Positions 12,828 to 25,344 of a DNA stretch of 64,000 nucleotides are shown here, piece after piece. The translations under genes and the position numbers were made by a program. Where the stretch lies: positions 919,708,001 to 919,772,000 of the forward strand of contig NW_027362761.1 of the NCBI RefSeq assembly GCF_046119375.1, in the 5' to 3' direction. The notes under the pieces are model-generated. The model saw only the letters and a program-made list of their open reading frames with translations, searched no databases and was not told the origin of the DNA. Every line of letters starts with the position of its first letter. Within the stretch, counting starts at the first letter, position 1. The DNA is from Phyllobates terribilis. Lineage: Eukaryota.

Positions 12828-12929
12828 TTTCTTTAAAAAATCTATTTGATCCGAAACTGAAACACAACAATAAAAAACTACCTGAATTTCACCAAGAATG
12901 TGGAACTACTCTTCTTCAACAGCAGCGCG
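12828..12929 (+). CDS. Candidate internal coding exon of an unidentified host gene (SLKNLFDPKLKHNNKKLPEFHQECGTTLLQQQR)
   Basis: Polypyrimidine tract + TAG acceptor (TTTTTCTGCGTCTACCTTCATCTGTAG); donor G|GTCAGT; 102 bp, phase 1-1; only one frame open; lies in non-repeat sequence. Protein not recognised. Confidence 0.4.
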
Positions 12930-13432
12930 GTCAGTATTATAAATCTATAACTCTATCATTTATTGTTTTACAATATCTGAAGATTCACATAGTTATACAC
13001 AATAGTACATGAACATAATGCAGAAAATAAGGCAGGTGACATGAAGTGGACTATCAATAAAGTCCTGCACATCGTTATTGGCACCCATGAAGTTTAAGTA
13101 CATAATGTGGAATATCCCCTGAAAAAAATGAATCAAGTGAAAACATTTTTTGTATAGAGCACTCGTGTTAAATACAAAAGAGCAAATGATAAGCAATAAT
13201 TTAAAACAAAAAGCAATGGGAGGGAAAAATAGAAAACATAAAGCTTGCTGTGTCACTGGTATTGGCACCCTTTACACTAATTTAGTTTGGAAACACATTT
13301 TGACTCGCCTGTGGTAAATCACAAGAGATTCACATGTGATTAATTGTTGGTGTCCATGTGACATGAATTAGCCAATGAATGATGACTTCAGTGTTTTAAA
13401 AACCACATGGTAGGCCCTGTTCCTTTGCCACA

Positions 13433-15044
13433 ATGGTGAAAACAAAGGAGCTGTCTGAAGACATCAGAACTGCCATCATTATATTATAGCAAACACAAGA
13501 CTTCCAAAGGATATAAGGCCATCTCCAAAGACCTTGATATCACAGCTTTAACAGTGCGCAATGTTATTAAGAAGTTTGCCAAGTGTGGAACCATCAAGAA
13601 CCTCCCTGGACGTGAGGGAAAGAGGAAAATTGACAAGAGATGTCTTTGAAGGTTGATGCAAATGGTAGAAAAAATACCTGGTCAAACATCCAAAGACCTG
13701 AATGCCAGCCTGGAACAGTCTGGGGTCATGGTTTCAAAAAGTACCATACGCCACACATTAAAACAAGCAGAGCTTTATGGATGAAGGCCAAGGAAGAAAC
13801 CATTGCTGAAGAAAAGACATAAAAAGGAACAACTGATCTTTGCCAAAGAGTACCTCGAGAAACCACAATCATTCTGGAAAAATGTTCTGTGGACAGATGG
13901 AACAAAATTAGAGCTTTTTGGCAATGTAAAGCAACAGTTTGTTTACAGTGGCGCAATGAAGCTTATAAGGAAAAGAGCACATTACCAGAATGTTAATCAT
14001 AGTGGAGGATAAATAATGCTGTAGGTTGCTTTGCTGCGTCTGGCACTGGAGGCCTTGACCATATCACAGGAATCATGAAATCAGAGAATTATCAAGAGAT
14101 TTTAGAGCGAAATGTCCTATCCAGTGTAAAGCCCCCGTCTCACATAGCGAGATCGCTGCTGAGTCATGGTTTTGGTGACGCAACAGCGACCTCACCAGCG
14201 ATGTCGCTATGTGTGACACTTTGCAGCGATCAGGCCCCTGCTGTGAGGTCGCTGATCTCTGCAGAATGTCCTGGACCTTTTTTTGGTCGTTGCCCTCCCG
14301 CTGGTCAGCACACATCGCTGTGTGTGACCAGCGGGACCAGCTGGTAACCATGATAAACAGCGGGTTACTAGGGGCGCACGCGCACTTAGTAACCCGCTGT
14401 TTATCATGGTTACCAGTCTGCTACGGTGAGCGGTAACCTCCCGCTCACCATAGCAGAGCGGTAACCATGATAAACAGCGGGTTACTAGGTGCGCGTGTGC
14501 CCCTAGTAACCCGCTGTTTATCATGGCTACCAGCCTGTTCCTGCTTCAGCAGGCTGGTAACCAGGAGCAGGACATCGTGGAAAGATTCTTTCCACGATGT
14601 CGCTGCTCCCCTGATCGTCGGTGAGCCTGCCTGTTTGACAGCTCACCAGCGACCACATAGCGACGCAGCAACAATCCCTGACAGGTCGTATCGTTGTCGG
14701 GATCGCTGTAGCGTAGCTAAGTGTGACAGGGCCTTAAGAAAACTTGGTTTGAGTCGAAGATCATGGGTCCTCCAGCAAGACAATGACCCAAAGCACACAT
14801 TCAAAAGTACACAGGAATGGTTAAAAAAAATGAACTGTTTTAAAATGGCCAGCAATGAGTCCTGACTTCGATCTCATTGAAAATCTTTGGGGTGAGCTGA
14901 AAACTTTTTTAGGAAAAAGAACACTGCAAACATTCATAAGCTTGAACAAAGGAGGAGTGAGAGAAGTGCTAGAAGCTTGTAGATGGCTATAAGAAACATT
15001 TGGAGGCTGTCAGCAATGCCAAAGGGTGTGCAACCAAGTATTAA
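13433..15044 (+). pseudogene. Tc1 transposase pseudogene
   Basis: MVKTKELSEDIR..., [28 protein letters not shown], ...KGCATKY*. Multiple stops and frameshifts; split at 14130-14734. Confidence 0.88.
14130..14734. mobile_element. Harbinger-type palindromic MITE, 605 bp, TAA TSD
   Basis: TAA at 14127-14129 and 14735-14737; removal restores CCAGTGTAAGAAAACTTGGT (SVRKLG). Two internal hairpins ...CATGATAAACAGCGGGTTACTAG...TAGTAACCCGCTGTTTATCATGG. Confidence 0.88.
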
Positions 15045-15599
15045 TTAGGGGTGCTTTTATTGCTGCACATGTTTGCTCTGTTTTTTCTTTGAAATTGCAA
15101 CATGGAAGTTGAAAAACAATGTTTTATTGTTGTATTACTTTGGACCACTAATTAAAAAATCCTGAGGATATAACTTTGGTACATTTCCATCTATTTCTGA
15201 AGATATTGTACAGTCTATGAAAAAAATTAAGGCGTGCCAATAATGGTGAGCACAATTGTATGTAAAGGCGAAAAACAGTTGTGGCAGTTTCTCCCTTCTT
15301 CAGCGATGCGGTAGAGTTGTAGCTGTGGAAAACACGAATAGAATGCGTGCACAAAAAAAGGACGTTTGAATGAGCCCTAAGAGAAAGAATGTGAGTGTTC
15401 TATCAGAGACAGATGGCATAAAGTTTCCTACTCCAGCGTCAATTGGTCATCAGACATCTGTTCAATTGTATTTGATCAGCAAAACAAGCTGTCATAAGAC
15501 TGTTGTTTCCATTTATGTGACCCATTATGAAGGCAGTCCAGTTGACCACATGACTACATTTGAGTATTCAAATTCTGACTTTCTATGATTTTGATATTG

Positions 15600-16368
15600 A
15601 GTTGCCATTACAGCCGGGGAACCAATGGGTTGCAATGGCAGCCAGGGGTCTTCTGAAAGCCCCCATGACTGTCATGACAGTGCTCCACTAAAGTCCAGCC
15701 AGTGGATGGATTTCATAGGAAACTGTAATTTTTTTCTATACAGAGCAATACTGTGGTATTGATGTGTATAGTACAAGTGACCGGCTAATCGCAAGTTCAC
15801 GTTTCCTGGGAGGATTAAAAAAAAATGCTTTTAAAAATATGAAAAAAATATACATATAAAACTGTGAATCACTACCCTTTCCCTCCATTTAAAATAATAA
15901 ATACATATATTTGGTATCTTCACGTCCATAAAGTATGATCTATCAAAATATAAAATGAATCAACCCGATCAGTAAACGCTGAAAAGATAAAAAAAATTAA
16001 AATGCCAGAATTGCGTTATTGGTCACCACACCTCAAAAAAATGCAATAATGCTATAAGAAACAATTAAAATGTATTGCCTGACCCAAAGTGGTAACAATA
16101 AAAACATCTGCTCGACATGTAAAAAACATGCCCTCACGACCGATTAAATCAAAACTTTTTTGCAATTTTGCCACTTTTTTTTCCCATTTTTTAGTACATC
16201 TCATGGTAAAATACAGTAGATGATGTCATTCAAAAGCACAACTAATTTCACAAAAAAACAGGAACTTATATGGTTATATTACAGAAAAATAAAAAAGATA
16301 TGGCTCTTGGGAGAAGGGAGGAAAAAATGAAAGAAGAAAAATAGAAAATGACCCTGAAAGGAAGGGTT
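15600..16368 (-). mobile_element. Fragment of a TTAA-type non-autonomous element related to 11208
   Basis: 16290-16368 is a reverse-complement homologue of 11204-11290 (ends GAAGGGTTGAA). Left boundary approximate. Confidence 0.55.
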
Positions 16369-17400
16369 GAAAGAGAAATTACGAGGGTCAGTCAATAAGT
16401 AATGCCTCCTATTTTTTTCTCCTTTTAATTGGCAAGAAATTTAAATGCAATTACATAGGTTGAAAACCACAACATTAACGATTAATTTGTCACTTTTCAA
16501 TATAATCTCCATCCATTTCCACAGTCTTGGTCCACCGTTTAACAAAGGCATGTATTCCAGCATGGTAAAAAGCATTCTTGGGACCCACCGTGCACAAACT
16601 TTTCTGTATCCCAGTTGTCGAATAATTTTCATCACACTGCCTTTACTGAGGCAGATAATGCCACACAATTCTTCTGCAGTCACCCGGCGGTCACCACGAA
16701 TGATGTCATCGACTCGCTGAATGTTGCTTTGAGTCACTGCGGTTACTGGCCTGCCACTCCGCATTTTGTCAGCCAACGGTGAGGGCCCTTCAGCTGTGTT
16801 ACAGCGACGAACCCATCGTCTAACAGTACTGACATCCACTGTTGCATCACCGTACATATTTTTCAGTCTCTCATGAATTCAAATGGGCATTTCACCTTCT
16901 GCATGCAAGAATTCAATCACAGAACGTTGTCTAATACAAACATCGATGTCAGCCATTTTGCAGTCCTGCCATCTGTTGGTGCAGGAAGTTGCAATTGCTG
17001 TGGAGAAGGTTTGAGGAATTGTGCCAAATTCGAATATTTAACATAACTACCTTATTTAAGGAGAAAAAAATAGGAGGCATTACTTATTGACTGACCCTCG
17101 TATGTTAGTTTGGAGGACTTCAATATGCAGTCAAAATTTATAGATGATAGGTTTGTGGAAAAAGGCTATGACAAGGAATAGTTTAGAGCAGCCCTTTTAC
17201 AGGTGAGAGAAGATAAGAATAGGTAAGAAAGATAAGAAAGAATGCCACAGGCATAGGGAGGATAGAGTGAATGCACTTTTTTTTATGGAGCAGATAAAGG
17301 ACTCTGATTAGGTGAGGAAAATTAGTAAGAAAAACTGGTTTATTTTAAAGAATGACCCAGTAATGAAAGATTTATTACCCATCCTACTAAAAATAGTTCA
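16369..17400 (+). mobile_element. Penelope-like retroelement ORF fragment, split by a mariner
   Basis: Across the mariner the sequence reads KRN|YVSLEDFNMQSKFIDDRFVEKGYDK, and later KNWFILKNDPVMKDLLP. Both resemble the RT-thumb/linker region of Penelope ORFs (recalled consensus, not searched). Confidence 0.5.
16382..17100 (-). mobile_element. Internally deleted mariner, 719 bp, TA TSD
   Basis: TIR CGAGGGTCAGTCAATAAGTAATGCCTCCTATTTTTTT at both ends; TA at 16380-16381 and 17101-17102. ORF ...MYGDATVDVSTVRRWV...SGRP...VCARWVPRML is fused directly to the C-terminus, so the catalytic domain is absent. Confidence 0.93.
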
Positions 17401-17712
17401 ATAGCTCAGAGGAGAGAGAAATTATGTCTCCAAACCCCCCCTGTACTTCCGCCATCCCCGTTCCCTGGCCCACCACTTCCTCTTACTGAAAAAAATGGGC
17501 GCATGAGCAGTGCGCATGCCGAGATCCGCCGGCCATCACCCGGCAGCAGCAGGGAATTTTCCTACTGGTTCCTGACTTGATCACTGTGATAGACCCTATC
17601 ACAGTGATCAAATGATCAAAAGCCAATAATTAGTAAATCAGCCCCCCGTGTCATCCTCTTAGTCAGATTAATTTTTTTTATCTTATAATATTTATTTCTG
17701 TCATTCTTTGCT

Positions 17713-17800
17713 GTTAGGGTTAGGCTTACGTTTACGGTTGGGCTTAGGGTTAGGGTTGGGCTTAGTGTTAGGGTTAAGGTTTGGCTTAGGATTGGGGTTA
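17713..17800 (+). repeat. Degenerate telomere-like (TTAGGG/TTGGG) tract
   Basis: GTTAGGGTTAGGCTTACG...GGGCTTAGGGTTAGGGTTGGGCTTAGTGTTAGGGTTAAGG. Confidence 0.7.
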
Positions 17801-17845
17801 AGTTTTTTTCAAAAGTTAAAAAAAAAATGATGACTATATGACAAC

Positions 17846-18114
17846 TACTGTTGAGCACAAGTGCTCGCTACTCGAGTTTTCATCTGGTGCTTGGTTATGC
17901 GGGTTATTGCAGGTGCTCGAGTAACATGTTCGAGTCCCCCGTCCTGCATGTTTTGTGGCTGTTGGACAGCCAAAGAAAACATGCGGGGATTGCCTGCCAT
18001 ACACGAAACATGCAGGGTGGGGACTCCAGCATGTCACTCAAGCACCCGCGATACTTAGTGCATACCCAAGCACCTGATGCAAACTTGAGTAGCAAGCACT
18101 TGTGCTCAACACTA
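17846..18114. mobile_element. hAT MITE, 269 bp, palindromic
   Basis: TIR TACTGTTGAGCACAAGTGCTCGCTACTCGAGTTT / AAACTTGAGTAGCAAGCACTTGTGCTCAACACTA; TSD ATGACAAC / ATGATGAC. Confidence 0.88.
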
Positions 18115-18129
18115 ATGATGACATATTCA

Positions 18130-18773
18130 ATATGATGACCTAATGTTATCAAATTCTGTGTAGTATTTTTGGGTTCAAAATCCTCACTATACCCCTGGAT
18201 AAAATCCTTGAGGGGTGAAGTTTCCAAAAGTTTTGAGTTGTTGGGGGTTTCTGCAGTTTAGACACCTAAGGGGCCCTGCACATGTGACATATGACATGTC
18301 GCCTGCAATCTATTTCAGCCAATTTATGTTCCAAAATGTAAATGATGCTCCTTCCGTTTAGAGCCCTGCTGGTTGAACAAAAAGAACATTTTGTCTATAT
18401 ATGGGGTATCACTGCGCTCAAAAGAAAATGGGTAACAAACTGTGGAGTCCACTTTTTGGTGTTGCCTCTTGCAAAAGTGAAAAAATTGGGGCTAAAGCAA
18501 CATTTTAATTCATTTTTTTCATTCTACTTTGCATTAATTCCTGTGTAGCATGTGAAAGGTCGAAAAATTTATGACAACAGTTTTGAAGTATTTTAGGAGT
18601 GAGGTTTTTAAAATGGTATCACTTTTGAGGAGTTTCAAATATATAGGCCCCTCAAGGTCCATTGAAATCTGAGTAGGTCTCTAAACAAACAGGTTTTGCA
18701 AATTTGTTTAAAAAGTGAGAAATTGCTGCTAAATTTTTAACACCTCTAACATCCTAACAAAATAAAATTAATT
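18130..18773. repeat. Interior of a dispersed repeat family (GAGGGGTG..TTTCCAAAA motif); continues after 20049
   Basis: Homologous segments at 63380-63620 (e.g. GTGCTCCTTCCGTT, GAGGGGTGTAATTTTCAAAATGGGGTCAC). Confidence 0.6.
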
Positions 18774-18777
18774 TTAA

Positions 18778-20045
18778 CCCCTTCGCAACCCTGGGATTTT
18801 CAGTTTTTGCATTTTCGTTTTTTGCTCCCCTTGTTCCCAGAGCCATAGCACTTTTATTTTTTGGTTAATATGACCGTGTGAGGGCTTATTTTTTGCGGGA
18901 TGAGTTGTACTTCTGAACGACATTACTGGTTTTACCATATTATGTACGGGAAAACGGGAAAAAAATCCAAGTGCGGTGAAATTGCAAAAAAGTGCAATAC
19001 CACAGATGTTTTGTTTTTTTTTATTTTAATACGTACACTGAATGCTAAAACTGACCTGCCATTATTATTCTCTAGGCCATTACGAGTTTGTAGACGCCAA
19101 ACATATATAGGTTCTTTTTTATTTAAGTGGTGAAAAAAAATTCCAAAGTTTGCTATAAAAAAAAAATGGCGCCATTTTCCAAGACTCGTAGCATCTCCAT
19201 TTTTCAGGATTTGGGGCCAGGGTGAGGACTTATTTTTTTGCGCATCGAGCTGAAGTTTTTATTGATACCATTTTGGGGTAGATCCAATGTTTTGATCGTC
19301 CGTTATTGCATTTTATTGCAATGTTGTGGCGACCAAAAAAATTCTGGTGTTTAGAATTTTTTTCTCATTACGCTGTTTATCGATCGGATTAATTCTTTTT
19401 TTATATTGATAGATCGGGTGATTCTGAACGCGGCAACACCAAACATGTGTATGTGGGTTTTTTTTTTATTATTTTATTTTGAATGGGGCGAAAGGGGGGT
19501 GATTTAAACTTTTATATTTTTTTTATTTTTTTAATATTTTGAAAAACATTTTTTCACTTTTTGCTTGCTTCTATAGTCTCCATAGGAGACTAGAAGCAGC
19601 AATTACCTGATCGCCTCTGCTACATAGAGATGATGAACAGATCACCTCTATGTAGCAGAAATGGTCCTGTGCTATGAGCGCCGACCACTAGGTGGCGCTC
19701 ATAGCGATCAGCACATGCCAACCACTGGAGTCTGCTGCAGACCCAGGGTTGTCATGCCCACCCATCATTGACCCACGATCACGTGATGGGGTCACCGATG
19801 GGCGGGGTAAGTGACGTGCTTCCGGCGCAGCGATGTTAAATGCCGCTGTCGGAGATTGACAGCAGCATTTAACATGTTAACAGCCTTGGGTGGATCGCGA
19901 TTCCACCCGCGGCTGTTGCGGGCACATGTCAGCTGTAAGAATCAGCTGACATGTGCCCGGTTCAGTGTGGGCTCAATGCCCAAGCCCGCGCTGAACAGGG
20001 GGTGAAAGCCTGTTGCGTACTAATATGCCACAGGCTGTAAAGGGG
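18778..20045. mobile_element. TTAA-targeting (piggyBac-like) non-autonomous element, copy 2
   Basis: TTAA at 18774-18777 and 20046-20049; CCCTT...AGGGG ends; colinear with 11208-12448. Confidence 0.87.
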
Positions 20046-20102
20046 TTAAAAAAATGATGCAGATGTAAAGTAGACATATGGGAAATGTAATTTATTACCA
20101 TT

Positions 20103-20740
20103 ATTTTCAGACTATAAGACGCACCGGACCATAAGACGCACCTAGGTTTTAGAGGAGGAAAATAGAAATAAAATTAAGCAAAAAATGTGGTCATGATGCC
20201 CTGTTAAGGGTGAGGGGGTCTGCGGCTGACATTGTTATAGGAATAATGTCCCCCAATTCTTTTAATATCCCCCATCCTGGTATATATGGCCCCCTCCTTC
20301 CTGTTATACGTGGCCCTCATCCCCATCCTGATATGCATGGCACCCCAATCCACCAACCTGTTATGCATGGCCCCCTCATCCCTCTTCCTGGTATGTTTGG
20401 CATCCTTCATCCTGTTATGTATGGCCCCCCTCACACCCATCCTGGTATGTATTGCACCTTCATCCCTCTTCCTGGTATGTATGATACCTTCATTCCTCTT
20501 CCTGGTATGTATGGCACTTTTCATCCCTGCATGTATGGCCCACCTCATCCTGGTATGCATAGCCCCCTTCATCCCTGTATGTATATCCCACCTCATCCTT
20601 CATCCCTGTGTATATGGCCCCCCTCATCCTGATATGTATGGCCCCCTTCGTCCCTGTATGTATGGCCCCCTTCATCCCTGTATGTATGGCCCCCCTCATG
20701 CCTAACCCCTGTATGTATGGTCCCCCTCATCCTTGTATAT
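20103..20740 (+). repeat. Pogo/Tigger-like terminus followed by a (ATGGCCCCCCTCATCCCTGTATGT)-type minisatellite
   Basis: TATTTTCAGACTATAAGACGCACCGGACCATAAGACGCAC at ~20103-20142; ~23-24-bp repeats at 20270-20735. Confidence 0.6.
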
Positions 20741-20759
20741 TAAAGGCCATGAATATTCA

Positions 20760-21514
20760 TCACACCCACATCTGACTAGGCCTCATGAAACAATTTGTCA
20801 CAGCTTTGGACAAAGAATCAGTGGCATTCAAGTATCTACAAGATTCCAAAGCTTTCAGAAGCAAAAGTGAAATCTGGAGAAATTTATAGAGTGTCAAGAG
20901 TTTCCCAACCTCCTCAAAAAAGGAGAAAGAAGCATGGATCATTTTTGTTAAACTAGCTGCAGTCTTACTTGGAAATCATAAAGCTGAAAACTATGTTGCA
21001 TTGGTTGAGACTCTGGTGAAAAGCTAGAGCAAAATGGGCTGCAAGACGTCTCTTAAAGTACATATCCTTGATGCCCATCTTGATAGATTCAAATAGAACA
21101 TGGGTGCCTATTCAGAGGAGAAAGGAGAGCACTTTCCGCAAGATAGTCTACTTTTTAAACATTGCTACCAGGGAAACTATAATGAAAACTTGATGGGGGT
21201 CTACATTTGAGGATTAATGTGTGAAAGTGAAATAACATACCCTCGCAAAAGGATTTCTAGGTTCCTTTTCATCAATTTGTAGCATTTTGAATAAAATATA
21301 CTATTGGTTTGAAATATATTGCATTTTTTTTTATTATGAACTTAAACCCAAATATTTGTAATTTTACTTAAAAAAAATATTCCAATTTCAACTTTTTGCT
21401 GTTCAGACCGCAAAAAAAGTTTTTGCAGGCTAATACATTTTTCCATGTTTTTAGGATATAACCAATTAAGAAATGACATTTATTCCCTGGGAACAATAAT
21501 CATGTTACATAGTG
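20760..21514 (+). mobile_element. Chapaev3 (CMC superfamily) transposase 3' fragment with right terminus
   Basis: LGLMKQFVTALDK..FKYLQ; EKEAW..LGNHKAENY..LVETL; GCKTSLKVHILDAHLD; GAYSEEKGEHF.QD; YQG. Ends ...GTTACATAGTG (reverse complement CACTATGTAAC). Confidence 0.8.
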
Positions 21515-21516
21515 AT

Positions 21517-24500
21517 TAGTGATGAGCGAGTACTAAAATGCTCGGGTGCTCAAAGCTCGGGTTGAGCACATTGGAATACTCAGGTGCTTGACCCGAGCAA
21601 CGAGCCCAATGTAAGTCTATGGGAAACTCGAGCATTTTTCTGGCTGTCCCCCCGGCGGTCTGCAGAAGGTCAAAAATTGCCCAAATCGATGGGAACAGTG
21701 CTCAATTAAACGGCAGGCAGGCACAATATATAGGCAGACAGGCAGGCAGGGTATATAGGAGGGTGCATGAAAAACATAGCAGGGCACTTGGAACACACTA
21801 GTGCCCTCCAATTTTCATGCACCCGTCTCTTTAAAAAAGCCGGCCGGCAATTCATCAGCGGCATACACCGGTACCCGACAATTTAGAACAGAAAGAATAG
21901 AGCATCACACATAGATTAAATAGATAGAAACATGTCAGTTACATATATAATTAGTATAGTGACAGTGTTGGTTACTGTACTTGTCATTTAGTGTTAAAAT
22001 AAAGGATTTATTAAAAAAAAAAAAATAATAGTGTTTTCATGCATCCTTCTCTTTAAAAAAGCCGCCCGGCAATTCATCAGCGGCACACATCGGTACTCGA
22101 CAATTTAGAACAGAAAGAATAGAGCATCACACATAGATTAGATAGATGGAAACATGTCAGTCACATATATAATAAGTACAGTGACAGTGTTGGTTACTGT
22201 TCTTGTCATTTAGTGTTAAAATAAAGGATGTATTAAAAAAAAAATTGGCGTGGGGTTCCCCGTAATTTTAGTCTCTAGCGGAGGTTAAGCAGACGGCTGG
22301 GGCAGATGTTTGAAGCCTGGGAAGGGGGTAATACACACGGAGCTTCCCAGGCTACTAATATCAGCCCCCAGCTGAATGCCAAGCCTTTACTAGCTATTAA
22401 AATGGGGGACCCAAAAAAAAAATGACATGGGGTCCCCCCTATTTTAATAGCTTGCAAAGGCTAGACAGACAGCTGGGGGCTGCTATTAATAGCCCAGGAA
22501 GGGTGCCATGAATATTGGCCCCCTCCCAGGCTAGAAACACCAGCCGTCAGACGCCCCAGAAATGGCGCATCCATAGGATGCACCAATTCTGGCACTTAGC
22601 CTCGCTCTTCCCACTGCCCTGTAGCGGTGGCAGTGGGGTAATAGGGCTGGGGTTGATGTCAGCTTATAATGCCAGCTGACATCAAGCCCAAGTTAGTAAT
22701 GGAGAGGCGTCTATAAGGCTGGACACAAAAATAGGGCGAAGCCCCACGTCAAATTTTTTTAAATTATTTCATGAAATTCATGAAATAATTAAAAAAAGGG
22801 CTTCCCTGTATTTTTGTTTCAAGCCAAGTACAAATAGGCATCTGGGGGTTGGGGGCAGCCCATTCATGCCTGCTGTACCTGGCTGGACACAAAAATATGG
22901 CGAAGGTCACGTCAAATTTTTGGTGAAAAATTCATTAAAAAATTTAAAAAAAAAACATTTAGGGACTGCATCTTTAGTAACCCCTCCACTTGAGGGGTTA
23001 ATAAAGTTGCAGTCCCTAAATTATTATTATTATTTTTTTTTAATAAATTTTTCCTCAAAATTTTGACGTGGGCTTTGCCATATTTTTGTATGCCAGCCAG
23101 GTACAGCATCCAGGAACAGGCTGCCCCCAACCCCCAGCTGCCTATTTGTACCTGGCCGGACACAACAATATAGGGAAGCCCTTTTTTTTTTTTTGTTTAT
23201 TATTTCATGAATTTCATGAAATAATTAAAAAAAAAATACGTGGGGCTTCGCCCTATTTTTATGTCCAGCCAGGTACAACTAGGCAGCTGGGGGCTGGAAT
23301 TCGCAGTGCAGGGAGGCGCAAGCTTTCTGGCCCCCCCGCTGTGAATTTCAGTCCGCAGCCAACCCAGAAAATGGCGCATTCATAGAAGCGCCATTTTCTG
23401 GCGCTGTACCCAAGTCATCCAGGGCCCTGGTGCGGTGGCTCACTGGGTAATAAAGGGGTTAGGTCCAGCTTGGTATTATCAGCTGGCCCTAAGCCCGAAA
23501 TTCATGGGGTCACGCCAGTATTAGACATGACCGCCATGAATTTCTAGTAAAGTTTTTAAAAAAAACGCAACACCCAGAATAAAGTCCTTTAATTGAAATA
23601 AACACACATTCCTTTAATGTTCTAAATTAAACTCTACTTACCGTATTGCCCATTCCAGCTGAAGCCAATGTCTTCTGCAATAAAAGTAAAATAATAAACC
23701 AACCTCATCTTTACCCTTCCATGGTTCCCAGGACGACTTCAGCTCTGCTACATTGACATGACAGGCTGGATCGCAGCAGAAAGCTTCCATCTAGCTTGCC
23801 ATGCCGCAGACACTGAGAAGCTCCTCAGTGAAGCTCCTCAGTGTCTGGCTGTGACGGCTTCCAGATGAGCCGAGTTCATGTCCAATGAACTCAGCTCACC
23901 TCATGCATGTCATTGACAGCGTAAGAGAATTCTCCTGTGCATGCGGTGGCTGCAAATGACGTCACCACTTGAGCAGGAGAATTTTCCCACGCTGAAACAG
24001 AATTGAGATGGCAGGCTGGATGGTAGCAGAACGCTGCCATCCAGCATGCCATCCTTCAGAGACACTGCAGAGCGCAGGCAATGTCTCTGAAGGATGACAA
24101 GCTGGATGGCAGCATTCTGCTGCGATCCAGCCTGTCATGTGAATGTAGCAGAGCTGAAGCCGTCCTGGGAACCATGGAAAGGTAAGGATGAGGTTGGTTG
24201 GTTCTTATAGACGCCTCTCCATTACTAACCTGGGCTTGATGTCAGCTGGCATTATAAGCTGACATCAACCCCAACCCTATTACTCCACTGCCACCGCTAC
24301 AGGGCAGTGGGAAGAGCGAGGCTAAGTGCCAGAATTGGCGCATCCTCTGGATGCGCCATTTCTGGGGCGGCTGACGGCTGGTGTTTCTAGCCTGGGAGGG
24401 GGCCAATATTCATGGAACCCTTCCTGGGCTATTAATATCAGCCCTCAGCTGTCTGCCTAGCCTTTGCTAGCTATTAAAACAGGGGGGACCCCATGTCATT

Positions 24501-25335
24501 TATTTTTTGGGTCCCCCATTTTAATAGCTAGTAAAGGCTAGGTATTCAGCTGGGGGCTGATATTAGTAGCCTGGGAAGCTACGTGGGTATTACCCCCTTC
24601 CCAGGCTTCAAACATCTGCCCCAGCCGTCGGCTTAACCTCTGCTAGAGACTAAAATTTCGGGGAACCCCGCGCCAATTTTTTTTTTTAAATAAATCTTTT
24701 ATTTTAACACTAAATGACAAGAACAGTAACCAACACTGCCACTGCACTTATTATATATGTGACTGACATGTTTCTATCTATCTAATCTATGTGTGATGCT
24801 CTATTCTTTCTGTTCTAAATTGTCGGGTACCAATGTATGCCGCTGCTGAATTGCTGGCCGACGTTTTTAAAGAGACGGGTGCATGAAAACACTATTATTT
24901 TTTTTTTAATAAATCCTTTATTTTAACACTAAATAACAAGTACAGTAACCAACACTGTCACTGTACTTATTATATATGTGACTGACATGTTCCTATCTAT
25001 CTAATCTATGTGTGATGCTCTATTCTTTCTGTTCTAAATTTTCGGGTACTGGTGTATGCCGCTGATGAATTGCCGGCTTTTCATGTTTCACTGTGAGCAC
25101 TGTTCCCATCGATTTGGGCAATCACTGTAATGTCACAACCACCATGGCTGCGACAGTACAGTAAGTGGCAGACAATCCTTGCATGATTGGTGCTCCAAAT
25201 AGTGCCAAACATGCAGGACGGGGACCCGAGCTCCCGCCAGAGCATCGCGCAAGTACTCGGCAAGCTCCGAGCATCTCGAGTACTGAGATGCTCGGGCGAG
25301 TACCGAGCAGTGGCGAGCATGCTCGCTCATCACTA
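21517..25335 (-). mobile_element. Non-autonomous fold-back hAT, 3819 bp, TSD ATAGTGAT
   Basis: TAGTGATGAGCGAG ... GCTCGCTCATCACTA; TSD at 21509-21516 and 25336-25343. Termini homologous to those of the 26269 element, in reverse. No transposase; large internal inverted repeats. Confidence 0.92.
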
Positions 25336-25344
25336 ATAGTGATC

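Larger units (their letters stand above)
13060..15258 (+). mobile_element. Degenerate Tc1 (IR/DR type) with a MITE insertion
   Basis: TA flanks at 13058-13059 and 15259-15260. Outer and inner TATTGGCAC(C/G)C direct repeats at ~13077, ~13260 and ~15232-15242. Confidence 0.75.

Noticed and set aside
15304-15390. 87-bp segment with excellent acceptor (TTTCTCCCTTCTTCAG) and donor (GTGAGT)
   Set aside because: Stops in all three frames. One frame (DAVEL*LWKTRIECVHKKRTFE*ALRER) could be a decayed or non-coding exon, but this is unsupported.
20204-20705. Pro/His/Met-rich ORFs
   Set aside because: Translation of a ~24-bp minisatellite.
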